Assembly: GCF_006345805.1 (NCBI RefSeq)
Contig: NC_042999.1
Coordinates: 108,438,001 to 108,502,000 of the forward strand
DNA length: 64,000 nucleotides
Reading direction: 5' to 3'
Source of the DNA: Octopus sinensis
Taxonomy: Eukaryota
Program-made: the position numbers and the translations under genes
In this document: positions 12,738 through 24,912 of the stretch, one piece after another
How positions within the stretch are numbered: position 1 is the first letter of the stretch
Layout of the letters: every line of letters starts with the position of its first letter
Notes under the pieces: model-generated
What the model saw: only the letters and a program-made list of their open reading frames with translations
Databases searched by the model: none
Told to the model about the DNA's origin: nothing

Positions 12738-12959
12738 TCTATTTCTTTACTACCCACAAGGGGCTAAACACAGAGAGGACAGACAAATGGATTAAGTCGA
12801 TTATATCGACCCCAGTGAGTAACTGGTACTTATTTAATCGACCTCAAAAGGATGAAATGCAAAGTCAACCTCAGTGGAATTTGAACTGCAAACGTAGCGG
12901 CAGACGAAGTACCGCAAAGCATTTTGCCTGGCGTGCTAATGATTCTGCCAGCTCACCGC
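12738..12959 (-). mobile_element. SINE family B with 11-bp TSD
   Basis: CTCTTTCAATA at both 12727-12737 and 12960-12970 flanks a complete reverse copy. Confidence 0.88.
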
Positions 12960-15222
12960 CTCTTTCAATACTGACCAGCTTGAGGTTGCCTCTGGTTTTA
13001 TGATTTAAGTGATCTTATTTAAAACCTTCCATTAAAATATCACGTCACCTATGTTGCTAACACTGGGTTAATAATCACAAAAAAATTTAACTAAAGTTTT
13101 CATTGTTTTCGGAATTAATTGGTCAATGACAGTGATAAAAAAAAAGGGTTAAAGGTATTCAAATACCAGCCCTGGCCTTCCTGTTTTTATTCCAACCTGG
13201 TATATCTAGATAGATACACATCAGTAGCCAAACATATTCTTTCTCTCTAAATAATTCATGTGTGATAAAAAGTGAGTTTGGCTGTTATTTCTTTTTCAAG
13301 GCTGAACAAATATATACAAACCTCTGCTCTGATTGTGATATTGTTAATTGTAGATTGCGTTTTACAAATGATGTAAAAACTATTTGGCTGGTTTTACTCA
13401 TTTTTTTCTTCTTTTCCTTTGTAATAAAACATTATAGTGCCTAGATGGCTATTATTTGAAACAGAAATGATTTGAAGGAGAGAAAATTTTACTTCGATGT
13501 CAGAATACTGTAAAATAACTCAGCGCTTAAAACAGATTTGAAACACTGATCTTTTTTTAATGCATGTAAGAGTAGGATTACTGCCAAAATATCAGTCCGT
13601 GACCTAGGAATCAAAAGCAGAGGCCCGTTAATATCTGATTATTGTTTTCTTCCCTATAATAACAATAATAATAATCTTTTTTACTGGAAGCACAAGGCAT
13701 CAAATTTGGGGTAAAGGATTAAGTCGATTATATCGACCCCGGTGCGTAACTGGTACTTATTTAATCGACCCTGAAAGGATGAAAGGCAAAGTTGACCTCG
13801 GTGGAATTTGAACTCAGAACGTAGCAACGGCCGAAATACCACTAAGCATTTCGTCCAGCGTGCTAACGATTCTGCCCCATTCTACTACAGGCACAAAACC
13901 TGAAATTTAAGGGGAGGGGGTAGTCGATTACATCGATCCCAGTGCTCAAACTGGTACTTTTTTTCTCGACCCCGAAAGGATGGAAAGCGAAGTCGACCTC
14001 AGCAGAAAATAATATAATTAATAAAAATTAATCAATCTACTTTGAAAGGATCTTGTTCCTCAGGGGCCCTGCCTCACAAAATTTCTTGTGATGACACTCG
14101 TAATTTCTTTCTTTCTTACTTTTAATTACAACTTCAACTTCAGCCAGAAGGAAAATTCACTTGTCCCTGTTTATATGCATGCACGGGAACGTATCTAATT
14201 AAGAAGTTTGTTTATGAAATCCCAAGTCTCGGGCTATTGTAGTTTTAGGTTGACCTAAGCCTCGCGTGTGAAATTTGGTAAATAGAAACTGTTTGAAAGC
14301 TCGTTAAATGGGTTCTACCTGTGAGTGACGGGTCGGTCCTTGTCCCACTCAGTGTCATACTGACACTGCATTAAATATTCCGTTTATGATACGAGTATCT
14401 ACGGAATACTCAACCATTTGCCCTATATAATAGAATGAGTAGGTGGTCCCGTTGATCAACGCGCCATTAATAGATTCATTCATTCATTCATTCATCTTTT
14501 CGCTCATTCGTTCAATCGTTTGCGCGCCTCGCGTGAATGCATGTGTATGTGTCTGCGCGCTCGTGGTTCTATGTGCGTGTGTGCACGCACGCTCGTGGTT
14601 CTGTTTGTATGTGTGCGTGTGTGTGTGTGTATGTGTGTGTGTGTGTGTGTTATAGCTGTGCGTAAACACAAGAATTAAGCAGAAAGTAAACACTAGTGTT
14701 TCGTCGTTCCTGTTTAGTAAACAGGGCAGAGCAGGGTTCTGTACCTTTACCGCAAATTCAAGCAAACACACTCACACACACATGTATGTATACACGAGTT
14801 GACGGTACAAACAAAACCACTCCTCTCCAACAACGATGTCAACACCTTATTTATTTAGCTAAGGTGATTCATAAGTAATCTTCCATAACACACAATAAAA
14901 CAAAACCGAGAAAGATTACTTGTCAATACATAGGTGTGTGTGTGTACATACGGATATATGTAAACACATTCAATTTGTATGAAAATGTTACATCGGATTT
15001 TTTCTCTCTTTCACTTTTTCTTTTATTTGGATCATTTTTCTTTCTTCCATTAAATGCATCATATTGAGAGAAAGTACACAAATTCCTACGAACATTAGCA
15101 ATTCCTCCTCTTATTAAACAAACCAAATTTTTTCCAGCAAAAAAAAAAAAAAATCTTTAATTAACGTCTCTTTAATTTTGCAAGTCGGGGGTATAAAGTA
15201 ATTACACAGTTGCCTCCCTTAC

Positions 15223-15241
15223 ACCATGTCCCTTTGCCTTA
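15223..15241 (-). other. Candidate 19-nt exon of a leftward transcript containing an ATG (M-V...)
   Basis: Minus strand CTTGTTCTGTCTGCAG|TAAGGCAAAGGGACATGGT|GTAAGG. An upstream donor CACAGTG|GTAAGG at 15330 would define an 88-bp intron. Confidence 0.35.
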
Positions 15242-15405
15242 CTGCAGACAGAACAAGCCGGCTTGCTACTGCACTAACTTTCTCTTTTAATGCCATCCAC
15301 TAAAAGTTTCTATCAAAGGCATTCCTTACCACTGTGGTATATTATCATATCATCGTACTACCTGTTGGGGGTTTCCTGTTGAATTATTGCTAGTTGTTGG
15401 GTTGG

Positions 15406-15566
15406 TCAGTTGAGTGGTTGTTTGGTTGATCAGTTGGTTGCACAACAACGAACTATATTATTAATATCAATATTTTTTCGATCGTTGGAAACGGCTAAAA
15501 ATAATTTGTCATCATCATTTGCATGGAAGCACGACGCAGGTAGACGGACAATAAAAGAGATTTCAG
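15406..15566 (+). other. Candidate first (5' UTR) exon of a rightward gene
   Basis: Starts at an Inr-like TCAGTT and ends GAGATTTCAG|GTAATT. The only ATG (15523) is closed by TAG after six codons. Confidence 0.4.
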
Positions 15567-16519
15567 GTAATTAATTAAAACTTTGAATTTAAAAAGGATA
15601 AAAAAAATGTATAGAACTAATTTTCAATTTTAGTTGATCATGTTATAACGTATTGACATATATATCTAAAGTCGAATACTTTATATATACACACACACAC
15701 ACACGCACATGAACACACACCCACACACATGTATGTATGTGTTTGTATGTGTATTTGTGCGTGTGTGTGTATATATAAATATGTATGTGTTTGTGCTTAC
15801 ACACACGTACACATATATATAATTAAGAAATTAAAGATGTGTGTGGGTGCGTGTATGTTTATGTAAAATTAAAACGTATATCTAATTAAAATGCATATAT
15901 ATATGTGTGTGTTTGAATATATATATATGTGTGTGTTTGTATGTATTGAAATGGGTGTATATAGGTATGTAATGCATGTTAGCTTAAAGATGAATAAAAT
16001 TATTTAAAAAATACTTGATTAAGAAAATAATGATTCTGCTATATCTTTCGAGGGGGTCATTTGGAATGCCATCAGGTCGTTGTAGTTTATACATTTATTG
16101 TTTGCTTTTATTCTGTTATCAATGTACTTAATTAAACTTTCTCATACGCACCATACCCGAGTTAATTAGTTTTGCTACCTGTTTTGAATTAATGTGAATA
16201 TTTGTTTTGAGAACTATTGTGTTTTAAAAAATCGCTTGTGTTTACATCCCAAATGTAACGAAATTAAAGAAAGCTCTTTTCGCAACTTAAACAATGAAAT
16301 AATAATAAAATGTTGACAAAAATGTGTTGTGTTTATTGAGTAAATGGTGACGTTGTTGTATTTATTTAATATCATCCGTTATTGACAAGAGGAACCGTAT
16401 TCACAGTTTAAGGTGAATATCTCCGCAATGAGACTGGCTGTATGCGCTAATTGCTACTGTAATCAAAATAAATTTGATAACAAGCGTAACGGTTACTTTT
16501 AATTGAGGTACAAGGCCAG

Positions 16520-17780
16520 TAATATTGAAGGGAAGGGATTAATCGATATTATCGATTGTATTACTTAACCGTTTCTTTATTCTATCAACTCCGAAGGGAC
16601 GAAATGCAAAGTTAACCACGGCGTGATTTGAACTTAACACAACTACCTTCCTATGGGCACAAGCATAAATTCTTTCTTTTTCCTTTTTTTTTTGTGGGGT
16701 GGGGGGGGGGAGAATTGAGACAAGTCTATTTACACCGATTCCGACTGGTAATTACTTTATCGACCCCGAAAGATTGAAAAGAGGAATAAAAAACACAACC
16801 AATCTAGGTGGGATTTGAACACAGAAGATAGTGAGAAACGAATTGTTATTTAGCGTTTTCGTCCGGTGTGCTAACAATATTGCCAGCTCGCTGTATTGGA
16901 AGCATTATTCTCAAAATAACTATAATAATAACAGTCACTTCTACAAGCACAGCAATTTTGTGTGGGGGAGGGTAAATCTGTTACTATCGACTCCAGTATT
17001 TGACCGATACTTTATTTTATCGACCTCAAATAACTGGCAAAGTTGATCTCGGCAGGATTTGAACTCGGAACTTAGAGAACTGGAACGAATGCTTCAAAGC
17101 ATTTGTTCCCGACCGAGTCTACCAGCTCGCCACCTTAACAACAGCAACAGCAATAACGGTTTCTGATTAGGCACAAAGCCAGCAATTTTTAGGGGATGGT
17201 CGGGTTGTTCGATACCTATTTCTTTACTACCCACAAGGGGCTAAACACAGAGGGGACAAAGACAGACAAACGGTTTAAGTCGATTACATCGACCCCAGTG
17301 CGTAACTGGTACTTAATTTATCGACCCCGAAAGGATGAAAGGTAAAGTCGACCTCGGCAGAATTTGAACTCAGAACATAATGCCAGACGAAATACGGCTA
17401 CGCATTTCGCCCGGCGTGCTAACGTTTCTGCCAGCTTGCCACCAACGATCCCAGTACTTGGTCGCCTTGTTATTTTAGCAACCTCGAAGGGATGATAAGC
17501 AAAGTTGGCCTCGGTGTAATTTGTACTCAACTCAATAATAATGTTAACGGTTGCTTCTAATTAAGACACAATGCCAGTAATTTTGAAAAAAAAAAAAAAC
17601 AAAAAAAACGAGTTAGTTGATTAGCAGTAACACCAATATTTTGACTGGTTCTCTATTTTATCGGCCCGGAAAGGAGGAATGGCAGAGTTGGCCTCGGCAG
17701 GATTGGAACTCAGATCTCAAAGAGCCAGAACAACTACTGCAAGTCATTTTTCTTTTCTGAGTCTTTAATGATGCCAAAAG
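16520..17780 (-). mobile_element. Cluster of family B SINE copies
   Basis: Repeated TCGACCCCGAAAG..GATGAAAGG.AAAGTCGACCTCGGCAG.ATTTGAACTC units, including a complete copy at about 17215-17445. Confidence 0.8.
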
Positions 17781-18002
17781 CCAAATAATTGATATTTAAA
17801 AACACCAAAAGACTCGTTGCGTATCTTATATTTCCGATCTGTACATATGCATGCACACACACACGCAGGTATACACACACACGCACACTACTTCATCACA
17901 TGTATGTCACCGATCGTTTTTACAAATTTATTTGTCCCTTTCAGTTTTACTGCGAAAAGTTTATTTTTCTCTCCTTTTGCATTCTATAAGAGTGTGTTCA
18001 AC

Positions 18003-18011
18003 ATGGCAACG
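18003..18011 (+). CDS. Candidate start-codon exon (exon 17991-18011; codes M-A-T)
   Basis: TTTTCTCTCCTTTTGCATTCTATAAG|AGTGTGTTCAACATGGCAACG|GTATGC has a strong pyrimidine tract, a good Kozak context (AAC ATG G) and a phase-0 donor. Confidence 0.5.
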
Positions 18012-18839
18012 GTATGCCTCACTCGCCCACTCTCACTCATTGTCTGTCTGTCTATCTTTCTACCTATCTCTGTCTTATCTCCATATCGGTCTATCTACCT
18101 ACCTATCTCTCTCACTCTGATTTTAACAGTGGACCATTTCCTGTTTCTTCACCCCCACCACCCACACACACACACTCCTAGAGACACAAGCGCGCGCGCA
18201 CACACACACACACACTCACACCTGATAGTATCCAAAGTGGTTTGAAACAACAGGTGTCAGGTGAACACTGTTATTTGAAGGAGTAAAAAAAAGGATTTAA
18301 GTGGATATAATTTTTGGATTCTATATTATTATTATTATTATTATTTATTTGCTCTGATTACAGATTACTGGTGTTACACTGATATTATCATATAACTCCG
18401 CCATTCAATTTTCTTTACTTTTTCTTTCTCTCATTTCTTTAAACAATATATCTCTATTGGTTTGTGCTGAAATTGTTAGATTAAACTACATTTTTCCCCA
18501 CTTCAACCTCTGCTAAACATGTTTCAACTGGCTGAGACAGCAAAATGCTGACTTGTCATTTCTTTCTCTTCAGCAAATAAAAGCTATCTGGTACTATATA
18601 ACAAAACAACATTCTCTCTCTCTCTCACTGATCCTGGATATTTTGTGAGAAAACTGAATTGTTTAATCTAGCAGCATATTTTTAACATAAGAAGTTAACT
18701 GGCCATGCTTTCTCTCTACTGAATTCATCATATTGCATTATGTAGTACCTAGGTAAACCCCATTTTTTATCAACGTATTTGAAATCCAGGGATAAGGTTC
18801 AGCTGGAATGCCAGTCCAAGGCCTGCAGAAAGAAGCACC

Positions 18840-19265
18840 GGATCTTTTCGGTTTGAACGGCAGTTTTTTAAAATAATTTCCACGTAACTAAACACTTTTA
18901 AACTTTGTATACTGGTAGAATGTGTTTATAAAACATCTTTTTCTCTTGGCTTTATTGAGAAAATTCTATAGTTTGTAAGATATTTGTTGTTTTTTTTCCT
19001 TCAATTTCTGCAATTTCAACTAATCAATGACGTCTATTGAGGGGAAAACATTCTGTACCGTATGAATATGTCCCTCGTTTAAGAAACAGATTGGGTTTAT
19101 TTACATTTCTGAAGAAAAGAAGATACCCTTCCCCCCACCCATAACCCTAACTAACCCTAACCCTAAAACAGATTGAAATACAATAGATCGATACTAGTCA
19201 TGATTATGGGTGACAATTTCATATGACACCGCTAGAAAAAACTGTCGTTCAAACCGAAAAGATCC
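18840..19265. mobile_element. Non-autonomous TIR element (426 bp) containing (TAACCC)-like repeats
   Basis: 29-bp TIRs GGATCTTTTCGGTTTGAACG(G/A)CAGTTTTT with one mismatch; CCCATAACCCTAACTAACCCTAACCCTAA at about 19138-19166. Confidence 0.85.
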
Positions 19266-20035
19266 AAACCCCATTTTATATCAACTTATTTGAAATCCAG
19301 GGACAAGGTTCAGCTGGAATGCCAGTCCAAGGCCTGCAGAAAGAAGCACCAATAACAGGCCCGTCAGCATCAGATGGGGCTCTCCAAAAAAGGGGGGAGG
19401 TGGTGGTGGTGGTGGTGGTGGTGGTGGTGGTAATAAAATAAACCTTAGAACCTGCTTTAATTCTGAGAGTACCTCTCCTCCATACTCTCAGCATGTGAAA
19501 GCAACCTTGTTCCACTTTGCAAAATGTCTCTCAAAGACCCTGATGAGACTGTCTCTAGTTTTCCTTGATACAGAAACTTCCCGTTTCTAAAATGTTCATA
19601 TTTAAATTGAAGCCATCCATCATTTTGCCAATTATCTTCTAAACACTGACTTAATAATGAAACTGTTATTTAATTAAATCCTTCCAAATTCTTCATTATT
19701 TGCAAAATTAATGAAAACACATTGGCTGTATACTTTGTTAGAATAATGTCCATGAAAGAATTAAATGTTCCACAAGAATATCTTTTGTTTTGTTCTTTAT
19801 TCTTTTTTGTTTTGTTTTTTATTTTTATTTTGTCCTTTGTTTCTTTGACATGCAGCACTTACTTCCTATCTTTTGAACAAAATCAATCATTCTGTAAAAA
19901 TTATGAATTATTAAAGCATTGGACAACCAACTATGTGCTTTTCAATCACATCCCTTTATGTTTTGAGTTCATATCCCACCCTAGTATACATACCATCTTC
20001 TTTCTTTGAAAGATGCATAAAAGAGATATCTGGCA

Positions 20036-20590
20036 CAGGTGTGGCCATGTGGTAAGAAACTTGCTTCCCAACCACATGGTTCTGAGTTCAGTCTCTTTGC
20101 ATAGCACCTTAGGCAAGTGTCTTCTACTATAGCCTCAGGCCAACCAAAGCCTTGTGATTGGATTTAGGTAGATGGAAACTGAAAGAAGCCCATCATATAT
20201 ACAAGGGTGCAGGAGTGGCTGTGTAGTAAGTAGCTTGTTTATGAACCACATGGTTCTGTCCTGTAACATGGCACCTTGGGCAAGTGTCTTCTACTATAGC
20301 ATTGGGCCTTTTGATTGGATTTGGATAACGGAAACTGAAAGAATCCCATCGTGTGTTTGTATGTGTGTGTGTCTATGTTTGTCCCCACCACCACCACCAC
20401 CATTGCTTGACAACAGATGCTGGTGCATTTAAGTCCCCGTAACTTAGCAGTTCAGCAAAAAGAGACTGATAGAATAAGTACTAGGCTTACAAAGAATAAG
20501 TCCTGGGCTCGATTTGTTCGGCTAAAGGCGGTGCTCCAGCATGGCCGCAGTCAAATGACTGAAACAAATAAAAGAGTAAAAAAAGTAAAA
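20036..20590 (+). mobile_element. SINE family A with duplicated head
   Basis: The head segment occurs at 20036 and again at about 20211, followed by a complete tail. Confidence 0.8.
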
Positions 20591-21047
20591 GGGGATGCTG
20601 AAAAGTTCCTGGCTTTAGATACCAAAAGAAGATCAGTTAGTTATAATTTCATTTAACATATTTTCCTCTCAGATTCACACATTTATTGTGGCGGTCCTTC
20701 AGTTTTTTTAAGCCTAGTAAGAGAACTCAGAAGGTGTGTGTGTCTTTTCATCTGTGTTTGTCCCCCACTACCACCACTTGATAACTTGTGTTGGTGTGTT
20801 TATGTCCCTGTAACTTAGCAGTTTGGCAATAGAATAAGTACCAGCCTTAAAAGAAAAAAAATACTGGGTTCAATTCAATTGACTAAAATTTCTTCAAGGT
20901 AGTGCCCCAGCTTGGCCACAGTATAATGACTGAAACAAGTAGAAAAAAAAAAACCTGTGAAAAGAGGTTCCATATTTTCCAGTCAAATTTTTTAGACTAG
21001 AATTTACTGCCAAAACAGGTATGTTGACTTATACACCAAGGTGACTC

Positions 21048-21451
21048 TGAAGGCGGCGAGCCGGCAGAAACAGTAGCATGCTGGGCAAAATGCTTAGCGG
21101 TATTTCGTCTGCTGTTACGTTCTGAGTTCAAACTCCACTGAGGTCAACTTTGCCTTTCATCCTTTCGGGGTCGATAAATTAAGTACCAGTTCCGCACTGG
21201 AGTCGATGTAATCGACTTAATCCATCTGTCTGTCCTTGTTTGTCCCCTCTGTGTTTAGCCCCTTGTGGGTAGTAAAGAAATAGGTATTTTGTCTGCTGTT
21301 ACGTTCTGAGTTCAAACTCTGCCAAGGTCAATTTTGCCTTTCATCCTTTTAGGGTCGATTAACTAAGTACCAGTTACGCACTGGGGTCGATGTAATCGAC
21401 TTAATCCCTTTGTCCCCTCTATGTTTAGCCCCTTGTGGGCAGTAAAGAAAT
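21048..21451 (+). mobile_element. SINE family B with duplicated 3' half and 9-bp TSD
   Basis: AAGGTGACT occurs on both sides (about 21039-47 and 21452-60). The GTTACGTTCTGAGTTCAAACTC...CCCCTTGTGGG block occurs twice. Confidence 0.85.
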
Positions 21452-22984
21452 AAGGTGACTGTAAAGGACCAGTAATTCCATGCGAAATACAGCAGGATTC
21501 AGAAAAATGGTGACAATGTTTGAATGTTTGCACCACATATTTACACCATCATGCTACATTGACTTCTTATAAGCCAAAAAATTCAGTACTTCTGTCAATG
21601 CAATTACCTTTAACTTAGAAGGGCTACATCCCAACATGGTCTCACTCTAATGACAGACAGCAATAAAGGAATAAATGAAGAAATGTTTTCTTCAGGTTGA
21701 GGAGCAAATCCACCTACTTGCTGCTAAACATTTTACGTACAATATTTCTTTTCCTTGTTTTATAGAAATCTATCATCATAACCTCAACAAAATTCCGAAA
21801 CCAACTACTTTTCTATATATATGATGTATTCCTTCTTTGTTCAGCATTTCTAACATCTTCCTCTTGTTATTCTCTTCAACATACCACTCACCTGAGGGTT
21901 GTGTCATACCTTTACATATTATTATTATTATTATTATTATTAGTCCAGTTTTAAGATAGATCCTTGGTTATTCGTAAATCTTTCTCCAAACCTTTTATTC
22001 AAATCTTCTTTTTCATTGTGCGACATTTCATAAGCCCTGCAGTCTATGATAGGAACAATCCAAATTTAACAAGAACTGTCTGTTATATATATATATATAC
22101 ATGCATACACATCTACATATATATATATATACACATACATACATATCTACACACATATATATATACATACACACACATATATATACATACATATCTACAT
22201 ATATCATCATCATAGTTTAACGTCCGTTCTCCATGCTAGCATACATACATACATACATACATACATATCTACATATATATATATTGATGATGATGATGAT
22301 CTACTGATTTCTACAATTGCAGTCCTTGTGTTTCTTTTATCCTCATTGCCACACAGCATCATGTTTGACATATCTATCAAACAATTGCATATATTCTCAC
22401 AAACATGCAATATAAATAATAATAATCCCATAAATATCAACAGAAACTCTAATTTTCTGCCAACCACTCTGAACCACAAGCTCCTACTACTTCTAAGATT
22501 GCCAACCACTCTCAATCTTATTATTATTATTATTCCTGTGGACGGTCTTTACACCTGTTCTTTTTGTTATGAATATCGAGAATGTATTAGGATTTTGAGT
22601 TTTATAGCTTATAACATTTATCATTTTTGCTTATGTAATTGCTGTCATATATTGTAATTTTGCTATAGCTCAGTCTTGTCAAATATTGTTTTACTTCTGC
22701 TCATATCTATCTCGGTTGATATTCCTCATGACAGCTTCAAGTTCTTTTTCTCTGTGTGTGATAAATTGTGAATTCACTTCATATGTTTATATACATATAT
22801 GTATGTGTGTATATGTATATATATATATATATATAAATGTACATACATACATATACTGTGTTGCTTTATGTAAAATTCTTTCTATCTTCACTTTTCTCTA
22901 TCCTGAATTTCAGGTATCGACAACAGCATGTAAATAGATATGAAAATGCTATGCAACCATTAATCTCTTGTTGCTTTGCATTGT

Positions 22985-23190
22985 TGATGTTTAATCCCTG
23001 GTTGATCGAGCAGACCTACACAAGTAAAGACATTCCTGTCATGACCATCCAGTCTTTCTGTATATCTAGGACTGTATTGTCCAATGTGTCTTTTTGCCAT
23101 TTTTTTAAAGATGTAGTACATGATTTAAAGGAGAGTTAGCTGCTATTTTTAGCAGGTCAAGGTACTCAGAAGAGGCTTTTTCATTGGACT
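22985..23190 (+). mobile_element. Interspersed repeat family F
   Basis: TTGATC.AGCAGACC..CAAAG.CATTCC.G.CATGACCATCC..CTAGGAC..ATT.TCCAATGTGTC recurs at about 31140, 36175, 36790 and 47900. Confidence 0.6.
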
Positions 23191-24570
23191 CATACACAAA
23201 TTTGTAGATATTTAGTGTCTTAGGTAATCTCAGACTGTAGATAATGAAACACACTGCCAGTCTGAGATAGAACTGTTATCTCTCTGTAGTTACTGGCAGC
23301 GGCGGCATCAATGTTGTTTATATCCAAGAAAGAAATCTTTTTTTTTATATATAGTTTGTTTATTTAGAACCAGAATTGGTATTTGTTTGGTAAAAGTTGC
23401 AGCACCTGCATAGAGTTAGATACACTGTAATTTAAAAAAAAAAGAGATAAATGAATAAATAAAAAGAGAGAGTTTATTCGTTGCTAGAATACCTGTGGTT
23501 GAAGGATTATTAGATCAGATTTGACACCACAACATGGCACTGTGACCAATATTGGCTTCTCACTCACTTTCAATACTCAGTAGACATTTTGCCAGCCACC
23601 TAGTCTGTAGTTGGAGTCTAGTGTTAAAACATTTGAGCTAACAAATGCAGAGTGGGTGGGATTTTTGTAGTTGAAGCATTTGAGATATTTAAAGGGACTG
23701 GAATGCTGTCACTTGTGATCTTCTTGCTCTTTCCGTAGAGCATCAACAAAGTAACTGAAGAAAAGCAGGGTTGAACCTTTTACCCTTATTGTGTAATTTT
23801 TACTAATTTCTTTGGTTTTCATCTCTTTAGGGAATTCATATATTTTTCTCTATTTTCTCAAATTTTAGTTTTAACCTTGTTCACATTCCTGCTTAGTTTT
23901 GTCATATACTTGCACTCTCATTGTTCTTACCATTCTATTCATTTCATATTATGTTTATTCCTTCACACTTGTACCCACTCTTAGATTCTCATATACTTTT
24001 ACACCACCTACCTAACGCTTATGCACACACACACATACTAACAAGCATACTCCCATAAACCTATACTTTCACACTTGTTTATCTCTATGCGTAGAAATAC
24101 ACCAAACTAATACACACACATACACATAATCACCCCCTTCCCCCTTTATGTCTGCTTCCATACAATAATACACTCTTATATTTACAACTATACATCTACC
24201 TTTCTTTCCCGCCTCCTTAACCCCTCTCCATAAAATGACTTTTCCAACTTGTTTCTAACAATCCACCTTTCTTTTCTTTTCTTCTCACTGGCTATATCTC
24301 TTTCCCACTACCTATATGCTTCTCTCATTCTTTCTTTTGATAATGGTTTAATGTCTGAAAAGTTAAGATACTTTCTCTTTTTAAAAGTTTTAAGCTAATA
24401 TCTTATTTGTCAAACTCTGTTCTTTATGTGTTGTCTTTTTTTTTTATCATTCACTGTATTTTAATGATGTTTGAGTTGATTTCGTGATAAAAACTGAACC
24501 TTAGTTCATAATGAGAATTCTGTTCTGCAAAGTCTTAGCATTACTTAATGGTTGCAGTTATATTTTTCAT

Positions 24571-24912
24571 GTGAAGGTGCATGGCTTGTTGGTTAGAGCA
24601 TAGTGCTCACAATCATGAGGTAGTGAGTTCAATTCCTGGACCAAGCTGTGTGTTGTGTTCTTGAGTAAGACACTTTATTTTGTGTTGTTCCAGTTCACTC
24701 AGCTATAGAAATGAGTTGCAATGTCATGGGTACCAAACTGTATCAGCCTTTGCTTTTCTCTTGTATAACATTGGTGGTATGGAGAAAAGCGGCTGTTATG
24801 CATGGGTGAATGCTGGTCTTCCATAAACAACCTTGTCCAGACTTTGCCTTGGAGGGGAACTTTGTTGGTACAATCCCATAATCATTCATGAATGAAGGAG
24901 GTTCTTACCCTT
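24571..24912 (+). mobile_element. tRNA-derived SINE, family E
   Basis: A-box-like TGGCTTGTTGG and B-box-like GAGTTCAATTCC, followed by TTCTTGAGTAAGACACTTTATTT. The head is related to the copy at 31985. Confidence 0.65.

Larger units (their letters stand above)
13700..18250. promoter_or_regulatory. CpG-retaining putative promoter zone
   Basis: CG dinucleotides are visibly frequent (e.g. GCGCCTCGCG, CGCGCGCGC) and local SINE copies keep their CpGs, unlike most of the window. It contains TATATAA (14424-30) and Inr-like TCAGTT (15406, 15430). Judged by eye, not computed. Confidence 0.5.

Noticed and set aside
19138-19166. TTAGGG-type repeats as an interstitial telomere
   Set aside because: There are only about four imperfect units, and they lie inside a TIR element.
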